Part shown: positions 1-8,034 of the stretch, in pieces
Layout: every line of letters starts with the position of its first letter
How positions within the stretch are numbered: position 1 is the first letter of the stretch
Assembly: GCA_050506795.1 (NCBI GenBank)
Contig: JBJHCF010000001.1
Coordinates: 224,001 to 288,000 of the forward strand
DNA from: Opitutia bacterium
GTDB taxonomy: Bacteria; Verrucomicrobiota; Verrucomicrobiia; Opitutales; T3Sed10-336
Reading direction: 5' to 3'
Length of the DNA: 64,000 nt
Notes under the pieces: model-generated
The model's input: only the letters and a program-made list of their open reading frames with translations
The model's database searches: none
Told to the model about the DNA's origin: nothing
Program-made: the position numbers and the translations under genes

Positions 1-652
1 TGTAGAAATCGTAGAACCGATCCACCGCTTCGCCGTTGTATTGTTCGCGGAGGTAGTCGAGGCAGCCGGGGCCGGGCATGCGGAATCGCTCTAGAGATCT
101 GGTCCCGCTTTCTTCCTGAGTGGGCACCCAGCCGGATGGTTCGTCCGGGGGATTCTCGCTCAACCACATGCGGACCAGGGACGAGGAATGCCCGATGCGG
201 ATGACTTTCGCGCAGATCCGCTCCAATGCGTCGCGTTGCGTATCGGTCGGTTCCGCCGCAGGCCAATGAAGATAGAGCATCGACTGGTGGGGACGGACTT
301 TCGGGAAGGTGCGTGGCTGGCGGTTGGTGCGGTAGGCCGGAATGATCGTCCGTTTGGTCGGCCCCATGTCGTTGGGCGGAACAAATACGTCCACGACATC
401 GCGACGGTCAATGGTCTCCGAACCGAAGATCAGCGGTGCTTCGAGCTTTTCCAGCCAGCGCAACGCCTCTTCCTCATGTTGCCATGACTGAATGGCAGCC
501 GTTTCCGAAGGGGTTGGACGGGATTCGAAATAAGCCGCCGCCATGGCCATGAAGACGCGCCCGGGGTGGGGCGGCCACTCCGCCACCGCACGGTCGCCCG
601 TGGATGTGGCGACCGCGTAACCGGTGAGATATTCGATGCCGAGGGTGAGCAT
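1..652 (-). CDS. csb2: Type I-G (I-U) CRISPR-associated protein Csb2 (Cas5/Cas6-like), 5' part; continues beyond the left window edge
   Basis: Manual translation from ATG at 652 gives MLTLGIEYLTGYAVAT...AEWPPHPGRVFMAMAAAYF...ALRWLEKLEAP...VFVPPND...RQPRTFP...KVIRIGHSSSLV. It starts 3 nt after the csb1 stop. It is absent from the ORF track because no stop lies inside the window. Confidence 0.88.
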   Translation of the reverse strand, partial: MLTLGIEYLTGYAVATSTGDRAVAEWPPHPGRVFMAMAAAYFESRPTPSETAAIQSWQHEEEALRWLEKLEAPLIFGSETIDRRDVVDVFVPPNDMGPTKRTIIPAYRTNRQPRTFPKVRPHQSMLYLHWPAAEPTDTQRDALERICAKVIRIGHSSSLVRMWLSENPPDEPSGWVPTQEESGTRSLERFRMPGPGCLDYLREQYNGEAVDRFYDFY

Positions 653-655
653 GGA

Positions 656-1867
656 TCAGTCTCCGTCTTCGTCGGTGGCTTCGGCGGCGGCGATTTCCTG
701 ACTGCGCTGGAGAAGCTCGACCAACTGAGGAGCTGGTGTGAGTTTGAGGGGTTCCTTGCGCCATGTAAGGCCAACCTTTTCGGCAGCGGCGACGGCCGAC
801 TTCAGCGTCCGGATGGCGGAGTCGGCATCAATGGTCAGAACGGAAGGTTTCGCGCCCGGCTTTTCGAGAAGCTCCCATTGAAGTTCTGCTTCTGGCCAGA
901 GGAGACAGCGGGAGCGAAGATCGTAACCGTTTTCGGCGGCGAGGGCCGAAGCGGTCAGAGCGAGGGCCGCAAGGACGGTTCGCCCGGCGGCATCGGATTC
1001 GGTGGTGGGAGCGCCACCATTGATGGGGAAGCGTAGACGGCGCAACGCAGGGAGGGAAAGGACCGTGGTCTGCTCGGCGTAGTCGATGGTGACGCCGCCT
1101 GTCTTTCGATCCACATCCGGAGGAATATTGCCGTGGTTGACTTCCGAGGGCGACACCGCGCTCTTGGCGGAATCGCTTTTCGCCAAAGTATATCCATCTT
1201 TCGATTTCATGACCTTGGCAGCGGCACGAATTTGCATTGGGTCGATACGGCTGCTGGTTTTGGCGCCGGTTTGTGCGTTGATGCCCACAATCTCCGAAAC
1301 CAGCGCCCGCTGGAACTTCGCGCCCAAGCCGCCCTTCGGGCCGGTGGAATCCCAGATCCCGAAGATCAGGGCCGTCGGGCAGATTTCGTAAAGCGGGGTG
1401 GCGTTGTTGAGACTGGCGTAGTCGAGCTTTTTGCCAATGTCGGATTTGCGGAAGGGAGTGTTGTCGAGGAGACTGTCGCGCAGAATGGCATCCGCCGCGC
1501 GGTGGGGGGCCTGCAGACTCGTGATCCGCCCGATTTCGTCGATGAGTTTAAGGCCCGAGAAATCGACTTCGATGAGTGGAATCGGGCAATCGTCGAAGCG
1601 TCCGGCATCGATGGCCAGTTGGAGCGCTTCTTCGAGGCGGTTGGCCTGCGACTGAACGGAGTCCATGAGGACGCACGGGATGGTAGCGCAAGAGCCGTCC
1701 GGTTGTTTTACGCGACGTTCTTCGGTGGCATAGACCGCGCCGGCATAGGTAGGCGGAAAGGCTTTGTCGCCTTCGCCCCCCGCGGGTTGGAGGCGCGTGC
1801 GGGCGCGGAATGCCGCAGCGGAGCCTGAGACGGCGGATTGGAGAGTCTGGAGGTCGATTAATTTCAT
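656..1867 (-). CDS. csb1: Type I-G (I-U) CRISPR-associated RAMP backbone protein Csb1/Cas7
   Basis: Motifs LQPAGGEGDKAFPPTY, DSVQSQANRLEEAL, PHRAADA, PTALIFGIWDS, SRIDP, GYDLRSRC are characteristic of the GSU0053/Csb1 family. Confidence 0.93.
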   Translation of the reverse strand: MKLIDLQTLQSAVSGSAAAFRARTRLQPAGGEGDKAFPPTYAGAVYATEERRVKQPDGSCATIPCVLMDSVQSQANRLEEALQLAIDAGRFDDCPIPLIEVDFSGLKLIDEIGRITSLQAPHRAADAILRDSLLDNTPFRKSDIGKKLDYASLNNATPLYEICPTALIFGIWDSTGPKGGLGAKFQRALVSEIVGINAQTGAKTSSRIDPMQIRAAAKVMKSKDGYTLAKSDSAKSAVSPSEVNHGNIPPDVDRKTGGVTIDYAEQTTVLSLPALRRLRFPINGGAPTTESDAAGRTVLAALALTASALAAENGYDLRSRCLLWPEAELQWELLEKPGAKPSVLTIDADSAIRTLKSAVAAAEKVGLTWRKEPLKLTPAPQLVELLQRSQEIAAAEATDEDGD

Positions 1868-1933
1868 AGCTTTTGTATTTGGTGTATTTATTATTTGTTG
1901 AGGGATTTCTAAACCGAAGGGGGGATAGATTCT

Positions 1934-2182
1934 TCAAGCGTTGTTCAACCCGGCCTGACTCTTAATTGTGGCGAATCCGCCTGAATTAAAAGGGGGATTT
2001 AAGACGGTTTCCCGAATGCTGAGCCAGGCGAGGACCACGCCGGCGGTTTTGCCGAGGCCGGTGGGGATGTCGATGAGGCGGGACTGGCAGGCAGGGTCTT
2101 CCGCGAGGCGGCGTTGCCAGTCGTAGGGTTCCGGCGCGCCGGAAGCGGCGGCTTGAAAAAAGCCCGGGTAGGAAAGCTTCAT
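1934..2182 (-). pseudogene. cas3: Truncated N-terminal stub of type I-G Cas3 helicase (copy 1)
   Basis: PYDWQRRLA (Q-motif-like) and LIDIPTGLGKTAGVVLAWL (Walker A), then unrelated sequence and a stop after 82 aa. Lies directly upstream of csb1. Confidence 0.8.
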
Positions 2183-2244
2183 TGTTCGTTCAGGAAAATG
2201 GCCGGGTTCTTTTTTGGCAAGTTGGTTCGACTGCGTGGCTTGGG
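2022..2244. repeat. Imperfect direct repeat, copy 1 (cas3 5' end plus ~60 bp upstream); partner at 4411-4669
   Basis: Shared blocks between the copies include ccgaggccggtggggat, gggtcttccgcgag, gcttcattgttcgttcaggaaaa and tttttggcaagttg. Confidence 0.9.
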
Positions 2245-2509
2245 TATTTAATTTGGAGGGGCGGCATCATGCTGCCCCTTCGACTTGGCAGTCTGGCTGT
2301 TGTTTTTCATTCATTTTGAGGACAGTGTAACCGCTGAGGTCAGACATTTACGGTCCTACGTCTGGAGAAGGTTTTTAGACGGGCAGTATTATTTCTTCCC
2401 ACGCTGAATGCACCACACACTGTGGCTCTCGTAGTGTCCGTGCCTCGCCGTAAGCCCCTTGGGAAAGTTGATCGGATGAGTCGGGTTGCAGCCGTTTATG
2501 GGAATTATG

Positions 2510-2818
2510 TCATCGCGAAGAGGGTGTCAGGCGGTCTTTCCAGATTTCCACCAGAGGTTGCCAGTCCGAATGATCGGCCGCTTCAAGTGCGCGAAAATAC
2601 ACTTCTCGCTTTTCTTCTGTCCGGGGAGCCAGTACGACTCGTGGCAGGTAGAGACGGCGGTGAAGGTCGAGGAGAAGCGCTTCGTCGAGCGAGGCATCCC
2701 GGAAAACCTCCTCCTCATACAACACGAGCTCGGTTTTGGCGACCCGTTCTGCGAGGAGCGGGGCCAACTCCGTATAGCTCAGGACGCCTTGCGTCGTTTC
2801 GACGTAGCGGGTCGCTCT
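2510..2818 (-). pseudogene. Fic-family toxin relic with apparent internal deletion
   Basis: The frame reads RATRYVETTQGVLSYTELAPLLAERV...LLLDLHRR|LYLPRVVL...YFRALEAADHSDWQPLVEIW. The N- and C-terminal parts look Fic-like but there is no HPFxxGNGR core. No ATG upstream in this frame. Confidence 0.55.
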
Positions 2819-2976
2819 GTCCGGTCGAGTATCTCGCGAATCTTCTCCACCGGAACCAGTTCCCTCTCGAAGGCCATGCTATCGGCCACGTCGTGCGGGA
2901 TCGCTTCCTTCCGAATCCGTAGCTTGCGCTCGGATGGCAGGGACCGCCAATCTCGAATGTTCTCCAGCCAGTTCAT
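2779..2976 (-). CDS. Small putative Fic antitoxin (VbhA/FicA-like)
   Basis: 65 aa from MNWLENIRDW. VADSMAFER resembles the (S/T)xxxE(G/N) inhibitory motif. Overlaps the 5' end of the Fic relic. Confidence 0.5.
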   Translation of the reverse strand: MNWLENIRDWRSLPSERKLRIRKEAIPHDVADSMAFERELVPVEKIREILDRTERPATSKRRKAS

Positions 2977-3092
2977 TTCCGGCAATATGCTCGTGAATCG
3001 ACTGTGAAGCAAGCCCAGAGGCGCGACCATCCGCGCTACAAAGACCTGTTTTGGTATTGCGTTATGTCGGGATAGGTAATACTTTGTGCCCC

Positions 3093-3338
3093 ATGAAAAC
3101 GATGACCGTGAAGTTACCCGACGAGCTGGCTGTCCGCTTGGAAAAGCGGGCGAAGCGGCTGGGTGTGTCGAAATCGGCGCTGCTACGGGAGTCGCTGGAG
3201 AGGGGGTTGCACGAGGCGGATTCCGTGGAGGAGGAGCCGTCGATGTATGATTTGGTTAAAGACGATCTTGGTTGTTTCGACAGTGGATTAGGCGATTTAT
3301 CCACAAATCCCAAACACATGGAAGGCTTTGGGCGGTGA
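3093..3338 (+). CDS. CopG/ribbon-helix-helix antitoxin (VapB-like)
   Basis: MKTMTVKLPDELAVRLEKRAKRLGVSKSALLRESL is an RHH pattern, with a DLSTNPKHMEGFG tail. Its TGA overlaps the GTG of the downstream PIN gene. Confidence 0.85.
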   Translation: MKTMTVKLPDELAVRLEKRAKRLGVSKSALLRESLERGLHEADSVEEEPSMYDLVKDDLGCFDSGLGDLSTNPKHMEGFGR

Positions 3339-3751
3339 GGGAGCGCGTTATCGTCGATACGGGTATTTTGGTGGCGGCTTTCGATCGAGGCGATGCCTGG
3401 ACGGAATGGGTCGCTGATGCGATGAAGCAGGTGCGTCCTCCGATGGTCACCTGCGAGGCGGTGTTGGCGGAAACGTGGTTTTTGCTTCAACACCGACCCG
3501 ATGGATGGAGTAAAGTCGTTAACTGGCTTGAATTGGGATTCCTTAAAGTGGATTTTTCCTTGGTGAAGAACCAAAACGGGGTAATCGGCTTCATGGAAAA
3601 ATACCGTGCCCTTCCCATGTCCCTGGCCGATGCCTGCCTGGTGACGATGGTGGAACAAGGGATCGGCGCCCGCGTTTTCACCCTGGATAGCCATTTTCGA
3701 ATCTACCGCCAAAGTCGCCGGCGCGTGGTGCCGGTGCTCATGCCGGAGTGA
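3335..3751 (+). CDS. PIN-domain ribonuclease toxin (VapC-like)
   Basis: VIVDTGILVA, TCEAVLAE, MSLADACLV and FTLDSHF carry the acidic PIN residues. GTGA coupling to the antitoxin gene. Confidence 0.9.
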   Translation: MRERVIVDTGILVAAFDRGDAWTEWVADAMKQVRPPMVTCEAVLAETWFLLQHRPDGWSKVVNWLELGFLKVDFSLVKNQNGVIGFMEKYRALPMSLADACLVTMVEQGIGARVFTLDSHFRIYRQSRRRVVPVLMPE

Positions 3752-3785
3752 GGGTTGGAACGCTTGGTTCATACCGATTGCCGAC

Positions 3786-4319
3786 TCATTCTCCGTCTCC
3801 TTTCGCGTGAAAACCGATGGATCTTTTTGGCTTTTCGGGCGGAGGCTGGAGCAGGGGCAGGAGTTTCTGGTAGAGGTCCCAGAGGGCTTGGTCGTGTTGC
3901 ATGAGGGTTTTGTCGATTTCAGCCAAGCGTTTGAGGATGGTGGTATTGGCCATGAGTTCCTCGCGCATCTTCACAAATGCCCGGATGACGTAAACGCTCA
4001 TCGCAACCGCCCGCTCGGAGTTCAGGGTTGTCGAGGCCATGAGCGCGCCGTGCTCGGTGAAGACCCAAGGGAGTGTGCGTCGTCCTCCATGGGAACTTGA
4101 AATCACAGATTGTGATATCAAGTTTGTAAACTCCTCTCGATTAAGCTGAAAGGCGAATTCTTCAGGAAAGCGTTTTCGGTTGCGCTTAAATGCTTGGTTG
4201 AAAACCCGGGTCTCTACGTCGTAAGCGGAGGCGAGGTCGCTATCCACGATAACGTGAGTTCCGCGAATGTAGTGGATCCGAGGGTTTTCAAGCATGGGGG
4301 AAGAAGGTTTGTCGTTCAT
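3786..4319 (-). CDS. ORF6N-domain DNA-binding protein
   Basis: IRGTHVIVDSDLASAYDVETRVFNQAFKRNRKRFPEEFAFQL...GGRRTLPWVFTEHGALM...LNSERAV, ending with a KRSIGF tail. Confidence 0.9.
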   Translation of the reverse strand: MNDKPSSPMLENPRIHYIRGTHVIVDSDLASAYDVETRVFNQAFKRNRKRFPEEFAFQLNREEFTNLISQSVISSSHGGRRTLPWVFTEHGALMASTTLNSERAVAMSVYVIRAFVKMREELMANTTILKRLAEIDKTLMQHDQALWDLYQKLLPLLQPPPEKPKRSIGFHAKGDGE

Positions 4320-4322
4320 TGT

Positions 4323-4607
4323 TTATGTTCGGGCCAGGGTTTGCAGAGGCCATACCCACGGTAGAGCGGCCGGCTCCGAAGAGAACCCGAGGCCGGGGCG
4401 GTCGAAGCGCAGCCAGACGAGGACCAAGCCGACGGTTTTCCCGAGGCCGGTGGGGATCCTCCGCCACGCTTTGCCTGCTTTGGAGGACAACTTGCCGATG
4501 GGGCGGGATTGGCAAGACGGGTCTTCCGCGAGACGGCGTTGGCAGCCGCAGGGTTTCGGCGCGCTGGAAGTGGCGGCATTAAAGAAGTCCGGGTAGGAAG
4601 GCTTCAT
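4323..4607 (-). pseudogene. cas3: Degenerate N-terminal stub of Cas3 (copy 2) with an in-frame 12-codon insertion
   Basis: MKPSYPDFFNAATSSAPKPCGCQRRLAEDPSCQSRPI[GKLSSKAGKAWRR]IPTGLGKTVGLVLVWL aligns with copy 1 at 1934-2182. Confidence 0.75.
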
Positions 4608-4669
4608 TGTTCGTTCAGGAAAAAGTCCGGGTTCATTTTTGGCAAGTTGTTTCCGTTGCGTGGTTTGGG
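4411..4669. repeat. Imperfect direct repeat, copy 2 (partner of 2022-2244)
   Basis: Colinear with copy 1 apart from point changes and a net 36-bp insertion at ~4458-4495. Confidence 0.9.
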
Positions 4670-4769
4670 CTCTTTGCGGATTCGGCCTGATTTTCACGGT
4701 TGACAGAAGGGGGGCGATGGGTTGCGATTGCCTGTTTGCCATTTTGACTTAACCGCAGAATCGTAAGCC

Positions 4770-4940
4770 ATGCCTAGAGAAACCGTCATTATCGAATGCA
4801 CCGAAGCGCGCAAAGAGGGTAAATCGCCTTCCCGCTACATGACTTGCCGCAACAAGCGAACCCAGCCGGACCGGGTGGAAAAGAAAAAGTACAACCCGGC
4901 CCTGAAGCGTCGCACGGTTCACCGCGAGATCAAGTCCTGA
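4770..4940 (+). CDS. rpmG: 50S ribosomal protein L33
   Basis: Manual translation [56 protein letters not shown] (56 aa, below the ORF-track cutoff). Confidence 0.95.
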   Translation: MPRETVIIECTEARKEGKSPSRYMTCRNKRTQPDRVEKKKYNPALKRRTVHREIKS

Positions 4941-4974
4941 GCGCCGCCGGCGCCAGGGATTGATTTTGTATTTC

Positions 4975-5002
4975 GAACGCCTCTCAGCAGGCGTTCTTCT
5001 TT
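4975..5002 (+). terminator. Intrinsic terminator after rpmG
   Basis: GAACGCCT-ctcagc-AGGCGTTC hairpin followed by ttcttt. Confidence 0.65.
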
Positions 5003-5031
5003 GTTGTGTCCTTTGGGCCTCCCCTGCGCGC

Positions 5032-6516
5032 TCAGGATGGGGGGAGGATCGATGACAGCGAGTTGGCGATGGTCTCTAGAAACAGTCCCGGAACCGTGCC
5101 GAGGCCGATGATGGCCGCGATGAGCAAAAGGCAGAGAACGCGGGCGGTGGGATCGAGGTGAATGGGCGAGGTATCCGCGTCCTCCGGCGGGTCCGCCAGA
5201 AAGGCGGCGTGAACCACCCGCAGATAATAATACACCGCGATGACAGTGTTGAGGACCGCAATCAGGACGAGCCAGAGAAAACCTTGCTGCAGGGCCGAGG
5301 TGAGAAGGGAGAATTTGCCCATGAAGCCGACAAAGGGCGGTATTCCGGCGAGGGAGAAGACCCCGACCAGCAGGGTCGCGGCGAGTAGCGGGGAACGTTT
5401 GTGGAGTCCGGCGAGAGCGCTTATCTGGAGATTCGCCCCGTCCCGGGATACCCGGGTGATGACCGTGAAACAGGCAAGGATCATGAAGAGATAGCCGGTC
5501 ACGTAATACAGGGAGGCGGTGAAGCCGGCTTCCTCGAGGGCCACCAGTCCGATGAGGGTGTAGCCGGCGTGGGCGATGGCGGAAAACCCAAGCAGGCGCT
5601 TGAAATCGGTCTGGGCCAGGGCGAGGAGGTTGCCGTAGAACATCGAGCCGACCGCCAGCGCGGCGAGCACGACGGCGAGGGCTTGGGCCTCGGGAGTGGC
5701 GGCCCCGGCAAAGCGCAACAATAGGAGGACGGCGGCGACTTTGGGGAGGGAAGCAATGATGGCGGCGGTTTCATTGGAGGCGCCCTGATACACGTCGGGG
5801 GTCCAGAAGTGGAACGGGAAGACCGCCAACTTGTAGAAAAAGGCGGCCATGGTCAGGATGATTCCGGTGATGGCGAGCGGGGTGTGCATTACCGGTTGAA
5901 GCCGTTCGACCAGGATCGGCAGGGAGGTCGTGCCGGTCAGTCCGTATAGGTAGCCCATTCCAAATAGCATGATTCCGCTGGCGGCGATTCCGAACATCAT
6001 GTACTTGATGGCGGACTCCATCTGGGAGCGCCGGCCATTGGTTTCCCGGCGCATGGCGATGAGCAGGAAGAGCGGGAATGAGGAGAGTTCGAGGGCGACG
6101 ACCAGGGTGATGAGATCGACGCTGCTTGCCAGTAGAATCAACCCGGTGACGCTGGTTGCGAGGAGGAAGAAATACTCGGGGCGGATGTCCGCGCGGATGT
6201 CCTTCAGGTGGTTTCCGATGACAGCGCAGCCCAGGTAGCCGAGCGCAAGGACGAGTTTCAGCCATTGGGAGAAGGCGTCCACGCGGTAGGCGCCGTCGAA
6301 TAGGACGGCTTCGGTTTTTAGAGTGACCGCGCAGGCGAGCGCCACCGCGATCGCGGTGGCCAGGGAGAGGTTCCGGGCCGCGCGAACCCGGTTCGTTCCG
6401 AGGGTGACGCCGAAAAGCGCGAGGATCCCGAGAAGGAGGATCCCTTCCGGAAGAAAGGCGATGAAACTGGTGGTTTGCGCTTCGGACATGAGTGCGTGCG
6501 GAAAAGATCTGATCAT
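5032..6516 (-). CDS. nuoN: Complex I-like membrane subunit N
   Basis: Proton-antiporter family: ALELSS, ESAIKY, YKLAVFPFHFWTPDVYQGA, KRLLGFSAIAHAGY, SLAGIPPFVGFMGKF. Last gene of the nuo-like cluster. Start may be 6489. Confidence 0.9.
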   Translation of the reverse strand: MIRSFPHALMSEAQTTSFIAFLPEGILLLGILALFGVTLGTNRVRAARNLSLATAIAVALACAVTLKTEAVLFDGAYRVDAFSQWLKLVLALGYLGCAVIGNHLKDIRADIRPEYFFLLATSVTGLILLASSVDLITLVVALELSSFPLFLLIAMRRETNGRRSQMESAIKYMMFGIAASGIMLFGMGYLYGLTGTTSLPILVERLQPVMHTPLAITGIILTMAAFFYKLAVFPFHFWTPDVYQGASNETAAIIASLPKVAAVLLLLRFAGAATPEAQALAVVLAALAVGSMFYGNLLALAQTDFKRLLGFSAIAHAGYTLIGLVALEEAGFTASLYYVTGYLFMILACFTVITRVSRDGANLQISALAGLHKRSPLLAATLLVGVFSLAGIPPFVGFMGKFSLLTSALQQGFLWLVLIAVLNTVIAVYYYLRVVHAAFLADPPEDADTSPIHLDPTARVLCLLLIAAIIGLGTVPGLFLETIANSLSSILPPS

Positions 6517-6524
6517 TCAGTGCG

Positions 6525-8024
6525 TCAGGGCCTCAAAGCGCCCGTGGAGCGCGCGACGATGTCGAGGATGTTCTGGATGCTGGCTTCCATCAGACCTATG
6601 AACGGGCCGGGCTGGAGACCGATCCACAGAATGAATACGAGAAACGGCGTCAGGAGAAGGATCTCCCGCGCCCCGAGATCGGCCATACCCGAGTGATCCG
6701 GGTTTTTGGTGCCGCCGTAGGCCACGCGCTGGAGGATGCGCAAGTTGTAGGCCGCCGCGACGACAATGCCCGGAACGATCGCCAGGGCGAGGATCAGTGA
6801 ACTCTCGAAGGCTCCGGCGAGGACGAGGAACTCGCCGATGAACGTGTTGGTGCCGGGGAAGGCGAGTGAGGACAGGCAGAAGATGCCGAGGAAAAACGCG
6901 AAGATGGGCATCTGCCGGCCCAGACCGGCGGCGCGTGCGAGGTCGCGCGAGTGGACGCGCTCGTAAACGATGCCGACCGCGATGAAGAGCGCGCCGGTGG
7001 TCACGCCGTGGTTGATCATCACCAGGGCGCCCCCGATGGTTCCGTTGTGGACCAGGGAGAAAATGCCCAGGGTGGCGAATCCCATGTGGGCGACGCTGGA
7101 ATAGGCGACGATCTTCTTGAGATCCGACTGCGCGAGCGCGGTCAGGCCCCCGTAGAGGATGGCCGCGACCGAGAGCCAGAGAATCGCGGGCGCGAAGTGG
7201 ATCGTGGCCAGCGGCGTAATGGGCAGGCAAAAGCGAAGAAAGCCGTAGGCCCCCATCTTCAGGAGGATGCTGGCCAGGAGCACACTCCCGGCGGTAGGGG
7301 CTTCCACGTGCGCGGCGGGCAGCCAGGTGTGGAAGGGGAACATCGGCACCTTGATGGCAAAGGAGATGAAAAACGCGCCGAAGATCCAGAGCTGGAAATT
7401 GCGGTCGTAGGGCTGGTCCATCAGGCCCGGTATGCTGAAGGTGCCCGTTTCCAAACGCAGGGCGATGATCGCCACGATGAGCAGGACCGATCCCGCCATG
7501 GTGTAGATGAAGAACTTTAGCGCCGCATAGACGCGCCCCGGTCCGCCCCAGACGCCGATGAGGATGCTCATCGGAATCAACATGGCCTCCCAGAAGATAA
7601 AGAAGAGGACGAAGTCGAGGGCGGTGAAAACGCCGGTCATGGCCGTTTGCATGATCAGCAGGCAGATCATGAACTCTTTCGAGCGGAGTTTTACGACGGT
7701 CCACGAGGCGATCACGCAGAACGGTGTGATGAGTGTCGTGAGGAGGACCAGGAGGAGGCTGATTCCGTCGATTCCTAGCGTATAGTACATCCCGAGGTGG
7801 GGAATCCATTCGCGGTGCTCGACGAACTGGAACTCCGCCGTGGAGGCGTCGAAACCGCGAAGGAGGAACAGGGAAAAAACGCCGATGGCCGCGGTTGCCA
7901 GGAGGGTCCATTGGCGCACCTGCCGTTCATCCCGCAGCGCCAGGGCGATCGCCGCCGCCACGAGGGGCGCGAAAACCAGGAGGCTGAGGAAGGGAAACGC
8001 GGTGCTGGATTCGGACAGGTTCAT
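6525..8024 (-). CDS. nuoM: Complex I-like membrane subunit M
   Basis: GIDGISL, FWEAMLIP, IKVPMFPFHTWLPAAHVEAPTAGSVLLASILLKMGAYG, LAFPGTNTFIGE. Confidence 0.93.
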   Translation of the reverse strand: MNLSESSTAFPFLSLLVFAPLVAAAIALALRDERQVRQWTLLATAAIGVFSLFLLRGFDASTAEFQFVEHREWIPHLGMYYTLGIDGISLLLVLLTTLITPFCVIASWTVVKLRSKEFMICLLIMQTAMTGVFTALDFVLFFIFWEAMLIPMSILIGVWGGPGRVYAALKFFIYTMAGSVLLIVAIIALRLETGTFSIPGLMDQPYDRNFQLWIFGAFFISFAIKVPMFPFHTWLPAAHVEAPTAGSVLLASILLKMGAYGFLRFCLPITPLATIHFAPAILWLSVAAILYGGLTALAQSDLKKIVAYSSVAHMGFATLGIFSLVHNGTIGGALVMINHGVTTGALFIAVGIVYERVHSRDLARAAGLGRQMPIFAFFLGIFCLSSLAFPGTNTFIGEFLVLAGAFESSLILALAIVPGIVVAAAYNLRILQRVAYGGTKNPDHSGMADLGAREILLLTPFLVFILWIGLQPGPFIGLMEASIQNILDIVARSTGALRP

Positions 8025-8034
8025 CGAGTTTCGG

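Noticed and set aside
1900..2013. Possible MITE or IS-end remnant at the point where cas3 stub 1 breaks off
   Set aside because: Terminal inverted similarity is weak and no target duplication could be identified.
1868..2510. CRISPR array, leader or mini-array upstream of csb1
   Set aside because: No regularly spaced 28-37 bp repeats seen; the short ttcaa motifs at ~1933-1948 do not form repeat-spacer units.
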